A stretch of DNA of 64,000 nucleotides from a candidate division FCPU426 bacterium (GTDB lineage Bacteria > Oederibacteriota > Muellerivitia > Muellerivitales > Muellerivitaceae), in contig CAVTWJ010000001.1 of assembly GCA_963738405.1 (NCBI GenBank), positions 160,001 through 224,000 on the forward strand. Reading direction: 5' to 3'. The stretch's first letter is position 1, and each line of letters opens with the position of its first letter. The position numbers and the translations under genes are program-made. Of the stretch, positions 1 through 9,552 are shown one piece after another. Under the pieces are notes generated by a model that searched no databases, had not been told where the DNA came from, and saw only the letters and a program-made list of their open reading frames with translations.

Positions 1-2
1 AA

Positions 3-1163
3 TTGCTAGGTGTGTTGGTTCTGGATCACACGGCACCCAATTTTTTTAATGAGGATCGTCTTCGTTCGATAGAACTTTTGAGTCGGTTATTGGCTGATAT
101 GGTTCAAAACTTACGGGTTCTTCATTTTTCTAAGACTAAAACGAGCAATCTTCATGCTCTTTATGAGGTTTCTCGTATTTTTTCAACTTCAGTTGATTTG
201 GAACCTACTTTGGAAGCCACTGTGAAAATGGCGGCTGAAATCGTTCATTGCGATATGGTTTACATTGCACTTCGCGATGGCGAATCTGAAAAGTTTAACA
301 TTGCTAGTTATTTGGCGCCTAGCCGAGGTGGTTTAAAGCCGTTAGGTCTTGAGGAAGAATTAGCAACATGGATCTGTCGAAATAAAAAACCCATTCGTTA
401 TACCAGAGGTCAAAGAGAAAAATGGTTTCCTTCGTTTGAAAGACAAGAAGGAATTCTTGGATCAGTTCAATCTTTCCTAATTCTCCCACTCATGGTGGAA
501 GGAAGATTATTAGGTGTATTAAGACTAAATAGCCATAAAACACGAGCTTATGGGGAATACGAACAAGATGTCCTGGAAACGCTTGCTAACCAAACTGCCC
601 TGGCATTAGACAAAGTAAACAAAGTACAACAAATCAAAGAACTCGCTGTCCGCGATGGATTGACGAGTCTTTATAATCATCGGTATTTTCAGGAAAGACT
701 TTCTGAAGAACTAGTGAAAGCCGAACGTTACAACAAAGACATCAGTTTGATTCTGACCGATGTCGATCACTTCAAAAAATTTAATGATACCTATGGACAT
801 CAGGAGGGGGATAAGGTTTTGCGGGGGGTCAGTCAAATTTTATTGGAAACGGTAAGGGCAAAAGTTGACACCGTTGCCCGTTATGGGGGAGAGGAGTTCG
901 CGGTTATTCTTCCTGAAACGGATGGTAATGCCGCATATGATTTGGGAGAAAGAATACGCAAAAACATTGAAAGCCATCTCTTCGAATGCGATAGCAAAAA
1001 AATATACAGGGTGACCCTTTCCTTGGGAATATCCTGTTATCCTTTTGATGCCAGTGAAAAAAAATTGTTAATTCAATGCTCTGATTTGGCGTTGTACGAA
1101 GCAAAGAAAAATGGTCGCAACTGTGTAAAAAGGTTTAAGCCTGGTATTTCTAAAATGTCTTAA
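3..1163 (+). CDS. GAF-domain diguanylate cyclase (5' truncated by window edge)
   Basis: GAF-like segments (LILPLMVEGRLLGVL), then DGLTSLYNHR, DVDHFKKFNDTYGHQEGD, RYGGEEF and ALYEAKKNGRN. Confidence 0.93.
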   Translation: MLGVLVLDHTAPNFFNEDRLRSIELLSRLLADMVQNLRVLHFSKTKTSNLHALYEVSRIFSTSVDLEPTLEATVKMAAEIVHCDMVYIALRDGESEKFNIASYLAPSRGGLKPLGLEEELATWICRNKKPIRYTRGQREKWFPSFERQEGILGSVQSFLILPLMVEGRLLGVLRLNSHKTRAYGEYEQDVLETLANQTALALDKVNKVQQIKELAVRDGLTSLYNHRYFQERLSEELVKAERYNKDISLILTDVDHFKKFNDTYGHQEGDKVLRGVSQILLETVRAKVDTVARYGGEEFAVILPETDGNAAYDLGERIRKNIESHLFECDSKKIYRVTLSLGISCYPFDASEKKLLIQCSDLALYEAKKNGRNCVKRFKPGISKMS

Positions 1164-1339
1164 TGAACCCTATATGTTGTAGTTGGGAGAAGCGTCCCAC
1201 TAAAATAGGTGGTTTTAAGATGAAAAAAATAATATTTTTCTTTAAAACGCGCTTTTCGCTTGGTTGCCTATAAAGACGGCCTAAAGTGTTGATATCAGCA
1301 GGCTGAGTCGATAGTTATCAACCTTTGTTAAGGTTTGAA

Positions 1340-1624
1340 ATGTTCTTATCCATCCGTGAAATCGCCAACAAAATTAGAGTCCATGAGCAAACCCTGCGGC
1401 ATTGGGAGAAATTGGGCTTGTTGAAGGTTTCACGTTTAGGGACCAATAGAACAAGGGTTTATAGTGAAGAGGACCTAGACCTTTGTCGAAAAATTTCAGA
1501 TTTTTCAGAACAAGGAATCAATTTGCGAGGGATAAAGGCACTATTGACATTAGAGAAAAACGAGGAAAGGCTCCGGGTAAAGTCTGTGGTTTCAATTCGA
1601 CGTTCAAGGAAAAAGTTTAAATAA
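1340..1624 (+). CDS. Small MerR-family HTH transcriptional regulator (HspR-like, no effector domain)
   Basis: SIREIA...VHEQTLRHWEKLGLL...RVYSEEDL...GINLRGIK MerR HTH pattern; ATG at 1340 chosen over TTG 1325. Confidence 0.85.
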   Translation: MFLSIREIANKIRVHEQTLRHWEKLGLLKVSRLGTNRTRVYSEEDLDLCRKISDFSEQGINLRGIKALLTLEKNEERLRVKSVVSIRRSRKKFK

Positions 1625-1689
1625 TAATCGGTGCAAATTTTCGGGAAAGGAAAAACGTGGTAATTGAAGGCTTTTAAACTGATTCGTTC

Positions 1690-1717
1690 TTGACAGTGAA
1701 AAAACCTTTGTCATAAT
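1690..1717 (+). promoter_or_regulatory. Putative sigma70-type promoter of the flgB operon
   Basis: TTGACA (1690-1695), 16-nt spacer, CATAAT (1712-1717) with extended -10 TG at 1709-1710. Confidence 0.65.
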
Positions 1718-1721
1718 GACA
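1709..1721. promoter_or_regulatory. Inverted repeat overlapping the -10 box, candidate operator
   Basis: TGTCAT-A-ATGACA; TGACA at 1691-1695 also pairs with TGTCA at 1709-1713. Confidence 0.45.
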
Positions 1722-1837
1722 TTAATTTTTCGCCAATGATGAAATTTAGACTACTTTTTCTGTAAACGTTGCTGATAGGTTTCGGCTAAGTAACTAACCT
1801 TTTGACTTAGATCTTTTTGAAAAGGCGAGGCACAAGC

Positions 1838-2260
1838 GTGATTAATCCAGTCAGTTTTCCCGATCCGCTCATGATTCTTCAGAAAAGCCTTGATTCTCTT
1901 TCAACACAACACCAAGTCATCGCCAATAATCTTGCAAATATTGATACTCCGAACTTTAAACGCTCCGTAGTTTCCTTTCAGGATAAATTGCGCTTAGCTC
2001 TTGATCAGAACCAAGGTTCGCCTCTGTGGCGGACAAATCCGTTGCATTTTCCTCTTCCGCAATCAGGTTCCCTTAATGATTTTCAACCAGACGTAAAAAA
2101 TATTTCGGATACCATCGGACGCAATGATGGAAATAATGTTGATCTGGAAATGGAATCGGGTCTTTTGGCGGAAAACAATCTTTTGTACAACAGTTTGACG
2201 GATGTCACCGGTCGATATATTGCTAACCTACGGCATGCTATCAGTGAAGGGAGGCAATAA
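1838..2260 (+). CDS. flgB: Flagellar basal-body rod protein FlgB
   Basis: IANNLANIDTPNFK and RNDGNNVDLE motifs; GTG start after GAGG. Confidence 0.95.
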   Translation: MINPVSFPDPLMILQKSLDSLSTQHQVIANNLANIDTPNFKRSVVSFQDKLRLALDQNQGSPLWRTNPLHFPLPQSGSLNDFQPDVKNISDTIGRNDGNNVDLEMESGLLAENNLLYNSLTDVTGRYIANLRHAISEGRQ

Positions 2261-2262
2261 TC

Positions 2263-2721
2263 ATGGGCGCTCTTTCTGGAGTGTTTGCCCCTTTTGCGAT
2301 TAGTGCCTCCGCATTAACAGCAGAACGCCTGCGCATGGATGTTATTTCAAACAACATCGCAAATGCTAATACCACTCGTACTATTTCGGGAGGACCCTAT
2401 ATTCGTGAAAGGGTTGTTTTTTCGCCCCGGTTTGATCCTGCTCCCGGCTTTGCGCCTCTTTTGGCAACAATGACCAGTGAGGGTTTGCCAGTAGGTGTGC
2501 GGGTAACGGGAATACAAAAAGATCCTTCTCCCCCGAAAATGGTTTACGATCCTGGCCATCCCGATGCAAATGCTGAGGGTTATGTGGCTTATCCAAACGT
2601 TAATGTGGTTAATGAAATGGTAGATATGATTTCGGCTACAAGGGCCTATGAAGCTAATATTACGGCGTTCAATGCGACTAAATCGATGGCGCTTTCGGCT
2701 TTAAGTATTGGAAAATCTTAA
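2263..2721 (+). CDS. flgC: Flagellar basal-body rod protein FlgC
   Basis: SALTAERLRMDVISNNIANANTTR; YDPGHPDANAEGYVAYPNVN; RAYEAN. Confidence 0.97.
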   Translation: MGALSGVFAPFAISASALTAERLRMDVISNNIANANTTRTISGGPYIRERVVFSPRFDPAPGFAPLLATMTSEGLPVGVRVTGIQKDPSPPKMVYDPGHPDANAEGYVAYPNVNVVNEMVDMISATRAYEANITAFNATKSMALSALSIGKS

Positions 2722-2777
2722 GGTTTAAGCAGTGATAAGACCGAAAATCGTTTTTTTAAGGGAGCCTTTCAAATTTT

Positions 2778-3104
2778 ATGGAAATCCAACCTATTCAAAT
2801 GCCGATTTCTTTGACCCAGGGTTCGATTCAACCTATTGCAACTTTTACAATGGATATGGTTCAAAATTCAACAGAAGTTTCCCCATCCAATTTTAAAGAT
2901 CTATTGAAAAAGGCCTTAAATGATTTAAATGCTAGTCAGGTAGGAGCTAATGAGTCCATAAAAAGTTTAGCGACCGGGGGAGAGGACAATCTTCACGATG
3001 TGATTATTTCTATGGAAAAAGCTAGCATGACGTTGCAGTACGCGATTCAAATCCGAAATAAAGTTTTAGAAGCTTATCAATCAGTTATTCAAATGCAGAT
3101 ATAG
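2778..3104 (+). CDS. fliE: Flagellar hook-basal body protein FliE
   Basis: LHDVIISMEKA...IRNKVLEAYQSVIQMQI; position after flgC. Confidence 0.95.
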   Translation: MEIQPIQMPISLTQGSIQPIATFTMDMVQNSTEVSPSNFKDLLKKALNDLNASQVGANESIKSLATGGEDNLHDVIISMEKASMTLQYAIQIRNKVLEAYQSVIQMQI

Positions 3105-3167
3105 AGTTTAAGTTTGGTAGTTGAAAGGGTGCTTAATTGATTAAGGCCCATAAAAAACGAGGGAAAA

Positions 3168-4820
3168 TTGAACAATTTCATTCAACAACTCGTTCAGCAA
3201 TTTAGGGAAGTTTGGGGCCGTCTTAATTCCTGGCAAAAGGGTTTATTGATTGGGATTCCGACCCTTTTGTTTGCGGGATTATTACTGTTTATCCTGCTTT
3301 CTTCAAGAGCGCGGTACGAAGTCCTTTACTCTCATTTGGAAGAAAAGGATGCCGCTGAAGTTGCGGCTGAACTTAAGAAAGAAAATATTCCCTACAAAAT
3401 TTCTTCAAAAGATAATTTTGTTATGGTTTTGGTGCCGACCGAAAAAGTATATGACACTCGTTTAAGTCTGGCTGGACAAGGCCTTCCACACGGAAGTGGT
3501 GTTGGATACGAGATTTTTGACCAGCCAAAATGGGGAACAACCGATTTCACCCAGAAAGTTAATTACAAAAGGGCATTGGAAGGGGAACTTCAGCGAACGA
3601 TTGGCAATTTGCAACAGATTCAAACCGCTCGGGTAAGCATCGTCATCCCTGAGCCTGAACTATTTACAGAACAAGAAAAACCTACAACGGCTTCGGTTGT
3701 ATTGGATATGAAGGCTGACGAAGTTCTTAAAAAGGAACAGGTTCGAGGAATTGTACACTTAGTTGCCGCTAGCGTGGAAGGTTTAAAGCCGGAAAATGTA
3801 GAGGTCATTGATAGCAAAGGAAATATCCTTTCTGGCTTTATTGAAGAAGAGGCCGAAGACAATAATCAAGAGAGCTTGAACGGAGGAAGTAATCTTACTC
3901 AACAGGCGAAATTAACTCTTCATGAAATGGAAATTCAACAAAATTTCGAGAAGGATGTTGAGCGTAAAGTTACAGCTATGCTGACGAAGGTTATGGGCGG
4001 AAATAATCGAATCGCTGTTTCGGTTTCCGCAGAATTGAATTTTGATAAAACAGAAGCTGATTCAGAAGTTTTTGAACCAGTAGTTGATGGGCAGGGAATA
4101 GCTCGATCCACGCAATCAAAGAAGGAACAATATGTGGGGGATGGAGGATTCCCGTCAAATGTGGTTGGCGGAGTTCCGGGGACTGACACAAACATTCCTG
4201 GTTATCAAGCGATCTCTGGTTCGAACGCCCAGTATTCTAAAGAAGAAAATACTACGAATTATGAAATTAATCGCACGGTTAAACATAACGTTATCGCACC
4301 AGGTTCTCCTAAGAGAATTTCAATCGGTGTTTTTGTGGACAATCTACAGCCCCAACAAGTTGTGGCCATAAAGTCTGCGGTCGTAGCTGCTGCAGGGTTG
4401 GATTTGAATCGCGGTGATCAAGTTGATGTAGAAAACATGCCGTTTGACAACTCCCAGGAAGTGGCCAGCTTGAAGGAGACGCAGATGGAAACACAGCAAA
4501 ATTTTGTTATGACGCTTTTGAAAATTGGTCTGTTGGTTTTGATGGCTTTTGGCGTATTGCTTTTCCTTCGGTCGTTATTGAAACCGCGCAGGGAAAAGAA
4601 ATACGTGGAAGCTATGGATGATATTGGCGATGAACCGGTGGTGGTGCCGCAGGTTGAAGATATTATCACGACGGATGTAACGGCAGAAGATTTGGCAAGG
4701 GCTGAATCGGCTCGTGAGGCTAAAAAACGCGAAGCTGTCCGAAAAGAAGTTTTTGAAATGGCGAATCGCAATCCCGAGAATGTCGCCCAAATTATTAAGA
4801 AATGGCTTTCTGAGGAGTAG
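3168..4820 (+). CDS. fliF: Flagellar MS-ring protein FliF
   Basis: N- and C-terminal TM helices; GYEIFD, RALEGELQRTI, ASVEGL, GVPGTDTN, NYEIN. Confidence 0.97.
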   Translation: MNNFIQQLVQQFREVWGRLNSWQKGLLIGIPTLLFAGLLLFILLSSRARYEVLYSHLEEKDAAEVAAELKKENIPYKISSKDNFVMVLVPTEKVYDTRLSLAGQGLPHGSGVGYEIFDQPKWGTTDFTQKVNYKRALEGELQRTIGNLQQIQTARVSIVIPEPELFTEQEKPTTASVVLDMKADEVLKKEQVRGIVHLVAASVEGLKPENVEVIDSKGNILSGFIEEEAEDNNQESLNGGSNLTQQAKLTLHEMEIQQNFEKDVERKVTAMLTKVMGGNNRIAVSVSAELNFDKTEADSEVFEPVVDGQGIARSTQSKKEQYVGDGGFPSNVVGGVPGTDTNIPGYQAISGSNAQYSKEENTTNYEINRTVKHNVIAPGSPKRISIGVFVDNLQPQQVVAIKSAVVAAAGLDLNRGDQVDVENMPFDNSQEVASLKETQMETQQNFVMTLLKIGLLVLMAFGVLLFLRSLLKPRREKKYVEAMDDIGDEPVVVPQVEDIITTDVTAEDLARAESAREAKKREAVRKEVFEMANRNPENVAQIIKKWLSEE

Positions 4821-4825
4821 GGTTC

Positions 4826-5845
4826 ATGCCAGAGACCAAGAAAAAAATGATCTTATCAGGCGAGCAAAAAGCTGCAGCCCTTCTTATCTCGTTGGGGCCG
4901 GAATTAGCCGCCAAGATCTATCAACATTTAAAAGAAGAAACGGTTGAGCAGGTAACACTGCAAATCGCCAATCTGCGTAAAATCACCCCTGAAGAAAAAG
5001 ATTCGGTAATGCAGGAGGTGCTAAATATTGCTGCTGCCCAGGAATATATTTCCCAGGGTGGCGTAGAATACGCCCACGAAATTCTCGAAAAGGCCTTGGG
5101 GGCAAACAAGGCCATGGAGATTATCAATCGTTTGCAAGGTTCGCTGCAAATGACCCCTTTTGATTACATCAAAAGAACTGATCCCCAGCAATTGCTGAAC
5201 TTTATTCAATCGGAACATCCGCAAACAATAGCGTTGATATTGGCGCATCTGACTCCGGAACATTCCGCGACCATTTTGGGCGCATTGCCAGCGGACGTTC
5301 AGGTGGATGTTGCGACCCGTATTGCTGTTTTGGACCGTGCCGCTCCCGACGTGGTGATGGAAATTGAGCGTGTTTTGGAAAGGCGGATTTCATCCATCTT
5401 TACCCAGGAATTTACTGCGGCGGGTGGTGTTCGCGCACTGGCGGAGGTTCTAAACCGTGCGGACCGTTCTACGGAAAAGGCAATTATGGAAAAGTTGGAA
5501 GAATCTAACCCCGAGTTAGCTGAAGAAGTCAAACGTCTCATGTTTGTGTTCGATGACTTGATTAACCTCGACAATCGCACAATCCAACAGGTGCTGCGGG
5601 AAGTTGATGCTAAAGATTTGGCTTTGGCGTTAAAGGGTGCAAAAGAAGAAGTGAAAGAACATTTGCTGAAAAACATGTCTAGCCGTGCCAAAGCAATGAT
5701 CCTCGAGGATATGGAGGTAATGGGACCTGTTCGGTTAAAGCATGCGGAAGAAGCCCAGCAAAAAATTGTCAACGTGGTCAGACAATTGGAGGAAATGGGC
5801 GAAATTGTGGTTGCTCGTGGCGGTGAAGAAGAAGTGATGATCTAA
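4826..5845 (+). CDS. fliG: Flagellar motor switch protein FliG
   Basis: KAAALLISLG, EHPQTIALIL, MFVFDDL, GPVRL...EEAQ. Confidence 0.98.
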   Translation: MPETKKKMILSGEQKAAALLISLGPELAAKIYQHLKEETVEQVTLQIANLRKITPEEKDSVMQEVLNIAAAQEYISQGGVEYAHEILEKALGANKAMEIINRLQGSLQMTPFDYIKRTDPQQLLNFIQSEHPQTIALILAHLTPEHSATILGALPADVQVDVATRIAVLDRAAPDVVMEIERVLERRISSIFTQEFTAAGGVRALAEVLNRADRSTEKAIMEKLEESNPELAEEVKRLMFVFDDLINLDNRTIQQVLREVDAKDLALALKGAKEEVKEHLLKNMSSRAKAMILEDMEVMGPVRLKHAEEAQQKIVNVVRQLEEMGEIVVARGGEEEVMI

Positions 5846-5872
5846 ATTGTCTGAAAGAAATCGGAGTCAACT

Positions 5873-6787
5873 TTGAGTAGAGAAGTATTGACGCAGGGGG
5901 ATTACGATTTGGTTCAGAGTGGATATTTACTTGATAATTCGCTTTGGCAAGCAGAAATTCATCGTCGGTTAGAAGTTGAGAGGAAAACCAGTCCAGTTCA
6001 ATCTTGGCTTTTGGGTGCGGGGACGGTTCAACTTCAATCATTTGAGTTGGGAAGCTTTGAGGAAGTTCCGATTGCTTCGAATTCAAATGACTCGACTGTG
6101 GAACCAACTGAGGATGAAATTAAGGCTCGGATGCTGGAAATAGCTGAGGCCGAGGCGCGGAAGATCAAGGAAGCGGCTCGAAAAACAGGACTTGAAATTA
6201 CTGAACAAGCTCATTGGGAAGCTCAAGAAATATTGTCAAAAGCAAAAGAGGAAGCGCGTCAAGAATCGTTGAAGATATGGGATGAAACTAAAAGCAAAGC
6301 CAGGCTTGAAGGTATAGCGGAAGGCAATCGAGAAGGATTACTGAAAGGTCAAGAAGAGGGGTCGAAATCGTTTGAAGCTTCAGTGCGAAAATGGGACGGA
6401 ATGGCACAACAGTTATTAGTCGAACGGAATGAAGTTTTGTCTGACATGAAGCCGCTCTTGGCCGAATTGTTAGAGGAGGCTTTGAAGCGATGTCTTCAAA
6501 GTGAAGCAGTTGTAAATAAACAAATGGTGATTGGTTTTGCAGAAGAAGCGATTCAAAAAGCTCATGATCGTCTTCTTTTGAAATTACATGTGAATCCTTT
6601 GGATTTAACAGAGTTTGAGGCAAACCGGCAAAAACTACAATTGATAGTGGGATCTGCTCCTTTGGAATTGGTGGCGGATGCTAGAATCGAACGCGGTGGT
6701 TGCCTTCTTGAGACGGAGGCGGGCTCAATTGATGCCCGGATTAATTCAATCGTTGCCCAGGTTAAGAAATCCTTGGAATTGGTTTAG
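5873..6787 (+). CDS. fliH: Flagellar export protein FliH
   Basis: GxxxG repeats (EGIAEGNREGLLKGQEEG), HVNPLD, GGCLLETEAGSIDA; between fliG and fliI. Confidence 0.92.
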   Translation: MSREVLTQGDYDLVQSGYLLDNSLWQAEIHRRLEVERKTSPVQSWLLGAGTVQLQSFELGSFEEVPIASNSNDSTVEPTEDEIKARMLEIAEAEARKIKEAARKTGLEITEQAHWEAQEILSKAKEEARQESLKIWDETKSKARLEGIAEGNREGLLKGQEEGSKSFEASVRKWDGMAQQLLVERNEVLSDMKPLLAELLEEALKRCLQSEAVVNKQMVIGFAEEAIQKAHDRLLLKLHVNPLDLTEFEANRQKLQLIVGSAPLELVADARIERGGCLLETEAGSIDARINSIVAQVKKSLELV

Positions 6788-6815
6788 TTGATAATTGTGA
6801 AAGAGGGAGATTATT

Positions 6816-8156
6816 TTGAACCCGGTTTTGAACGATATATTACCGTCTCTTGAACAACTAAAGGATCGGCTTCAAAATTCGGATATCCTTCGAGTCAATG
6901 GTCGTGTGGAACAGATAGTTGGCCTTGTTATTGAGTCATCTGGTCCGATGGTAAGCGTTGGGGAAGCTTGTTGGATTACTCCGGTTGAGGGGCAAGGTCC
7001 ACCAGTTTTGGCTGAGGCGGTGGGTTTTCGACAAAACAGGGTGCTTTTGATGCCGCTGGGAGAAATGAGGGGCTTGGGCCCGGGTAGTGAGGTGGTGCGA
7101 ACGGGTGCCCCATTTCGCATTCCTGTAGGACTAGGACTTTTGGGACGAGTCGTTGATGCAATGGGTGAGCCGATAGATGGAAAAGGTCCATTAAGGGGAC
7201 TGAATGATCTTTATCCGATTCATCGTGAGCCGCCACCAGCTATGGAACGGCGTAGGATTCAAGAGCCTGTATCGACTGGTGTGAGGGCTTTGGATGCGCT
7301 TTTGACCTTGGGGGAAGGACAAAGACTTGGAATCTTTTCAGGCTCAGGGGTTGGGAAAAGCACACTCTTGGGAATGATAGCAAGAGATACGAACGCCGAT
7401 ATAAATGTAATTGCTTTGGTTGGAGAGCGTGGGAGAGAGGTTAGAGATTTTCTGGAAAGAGATTTGGGGGATAAAGGTTTGACACGCAGTGTGGTGGTTG
7501 TGGCCACATCGGATCAACCCTCTTTGCTGAGGATTCAAGCGGCGCTGGTGGCAACGGCGGTGGCAGAATATTTCAGGGATCAGGGCAAAAGAGTTATGCT
7601 AATGATGGATTCAATTACCCGCTTTGCGATGGCCCAAAGAGAAGTCGGGTTGGCAATAGGCGAGCCCCCTACGACAAAGGGATATACACCTTCAGTATTT
7701 GCCTTGTTGCCCAAACTACTTGAACGTGCTGGCACGACGGCGCATCAAGGAAGTATTACCGGCCTCTATACCATACTTGTAGAGGCGGACGATATGAATG
7801 AACCCGTTGCGGATTCCTGTCGAGCGATTTTGGATGGACATGTGGTGCTTTCTCGAGAATTGGCTTCTCAGAATCACTATCCTGCCATCGATGTTCTAAA
7901 CAGCGTTTCTCGTGTTATGGGAGATATAGTGTCTCCAAGTCATTTAGAGGCGGCCAGTAAAATTCGGTCTGTGCTTTCGACCTATAAAAGTGTTGAAGAT
8001 TTAATTGCTATTGGAGCTTATGTGAAGGGGAGTAATTCCAAAGTCGATCAAGCTTTGGCAAGGTTGGAAGGGGTTCAGACTTTTTTGAAACAGGGTCGAA
8101 ATGAAGACTCTCGTTGGGAAGAAACCTTGGATAAGTTAAAAGCATTTTTAAATTAG
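6816..8156 (+). CDS. fliI: Flagellar export ATPase FliI
   Basis: Walker A GSGVGKS, GERGREV, MDSITRFA, DGHVVLSR. Confidence 0.98.
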   Translation: MNPVLNDILPSLEQLKDRLQNSDILRVNGRVEQIVGLVIESSGPMVSVGEACWITPVEGQGPPVLAEAVGFRQNRVLLMPLGEMRGLGPGSEVVRTGAPFRIPVGLGLLGRVVDAMGEPIDGKGPLRGLNDLYPIHREPPPAMERRRIQEPVSTGVRALDALLTLGEGQRLGIFSGSGVGKSTLLGMIARDTNADINVIALVGERGREVRDFLERDLGDKGLTRSVVVVATSDQPSLLRIQAALVATAVAEYFRDQGKRVMLMMDSITRFAMAQREVGLAIGEPPTTKGYTPSVFALLPKLLERAGTTAHQGSITGLYTILVEADDMNEPVADSCRAILDGHVVLSRELASQNHYPAIDVLNSVSRVMGDIVSPSHLEAASKIRSVLSTYKSVEDLIAIGAYVKGSNSKVDQALARLEGVQTFLKQGRNEDSRWEETLDKLKAFLN

Positions 8157-8162
8157 GAACCT

Positions 8163-8651
8163 ATGGCACACCGATTTCGCTTTAGATTAGAACAGGTGTT
8201 GGACCTTCGAAAGCAGATTGAAGATTCAAAAGCTAGAGAATTGTCTATAGCTAAAGGCGAGTTAATAAAATTGGAGGAATTGATCCAGTCTCATGGCACA
8301 GAAGAAGAGTCATTTCTTTTGGCTTTTAGCAATATGGAAAAAACAGGGTCTTTTGATGTGGAACAGGGAATGGCATTCAGTGATTATAAGAATCACCTGA
8401 TCTTTCGGGAAAAAACTCTTAAAAAACGAGAGATTGAGTGGCGGAATGAAGTGGAGCGTCGAAGAGTTATTGCTGTAAAGGCTTCTCGTGAACGGAAACT
8501 TTTGGATAATCTTAAAGAAAAACAGCAAAAGATGCATGAGTCGGCGGTGGCGACTGAAGAACAAAAATTCCTAGATGAAATTTCCTCGATATCTTTTGTC
8601 CGTCGGGAACGAGCATTAAAGCTCAGGCTGGCGGTGCCGCATGGGGTTTAA
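8163..8651 (+). CDS. fliJ: Flagellar export protein FliJ
   Basis: FRFRLEQVLDLR N-terminus, coiled coil, EQKFLDE; directly after fliI. Confidence 0.9.
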   Translation: MAHRFRFRLEQVLDLRKQIEDSKARELSIAKGELIKLEELIQSHGTEEESFLLAFSNMEKTGSFDVEQGMAFSDYKNHLIFREKTLKKREIEWRNEVERRRVIAVKASRERKLLDNLKEKQQKMHESAVATEEQKFLDEISSISFVRRERALKLRLAVPHGV

Positions 8652-8679
8652 AACGACTTTATCTTGAGGAGGTGAAATT

Positions 8680-9492
8680 GTGGATATTGCAACTTGGTTA
8701 GGGTTGGGCTTGGGTATTTTGGGCGTTTTTGGTGGAGCTCTCCTTGATGGGACTCCTCTCGGAGCTCTTTTTCAATTTGCCGCCTTCGTCATCATATTTT
8801 TTGGCACATTAGGTGCCACGATGATGAGTTTTCCGTACGACACAATGAAAGAAATCATTCCGGTTCTAAAGAAAGCATTTCAACGTCAGGAATTAGATCC
8901 TTCTGCCATTGTTACGCAGTTGGTCGGGTTTGCCACTAAAGCTCGGCGTGAAGGTCTGCTTGGCTTGGAAGAAGAAGCGGAAGCAGTAGCCGATCCTTTT
9001 CTAAAAAAAGGCCTTCAGTTGGTTGTGGATGGTACTGATATTGAAATGATACGCAATATTATGGAAACCGACATCGCGTTCTTAGAGTCTAGACATAAAG
9101 TGGGTGAAAGCATTTTTGGAACCTTTGGCGGTTTTTGTCCTACTCTGGGAATTATCGGAACAGTTATTGGACTAGTACACGCCTTATCCGCATTCGGTTC
9201 TGGTGAAGCGGATCCCGTTGCTCTAGTAGCAGCTATTGCTACGGCGTTTATTGCAACATTGTATGGTATTGGATTTGCAAACCTCTTTTTTCTTCCAATA
9301 TCATTTAAATTGAAGCAAAACAGTCAACAAGAAGTACTTCTTCGCGAGGTAATGCTTGAGGGTATTCTTGCCATATCTGCGGGAGATAACCCCCGCATCG
9401 TAGAAGAAAAACTTAAAGCTTTCTTGCCGCCTAAGTTGAAATTAAATATGGACGCCCAAAAGGCTGAGGGTGAAGGAAAGCCAGAAGAATGA
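8680..9492 (+). CDS. motA: Flagellar stator MotA
   Basis: Four TM helices; ARREGLLGLE, PTLGIIGTVIGL, ATLYG, GDNPR. Confidence 0.96.
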   Translation: MDIATWLGLGLGILGVFGGALLDGTPLGALFQFAAFVIIFFGTLGATMMSFPYDTMKEIIPVLKKAFQRQELDPSAIVTQLVGFATKARREGLLGLEEEAEAVADPFLKKGLQLVVDGTDIEMIRNIMETDIAFLESRHKVGESIFGTFGGFCPTLGIIGTVIGLVHALSAFGSGEADPVALVAAIATAFIATLYGIGFANLFFLPISFKLKQNSQQEVLLREVMLEGILAISAGDNPRIVEEKLKAFLPPKLKLNMDAQKAEGEGKPEE

Positions 9493-9552
9493 AAAAAAAA
9501 ATATATATCGAATATTTTATAAGTTTGTGCAGTTTAGTTAAGGGAGCATCAA

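Noticed and set aside
338..345. GCCGTTAG identical to the sigma28 -10 box
   Set aside because: Inside the GGDEF gene, and the -35 position reads CTAG rather than TCAA/TAAA.
1269..1314. TAAAG and GTCGATAG upstream of the MerR gene as a possible sigma28 promoter
   Set aside because: Spacing does not give the required 15 nt in the registers I checked.
9492..9501. A10 tract at the motA-motB junction as a phase-variation site
   Set aside because: Starts at the motA stop and runs into non-coding sequence about 40 nt from the motB RBS; slippage would have no evident effect.
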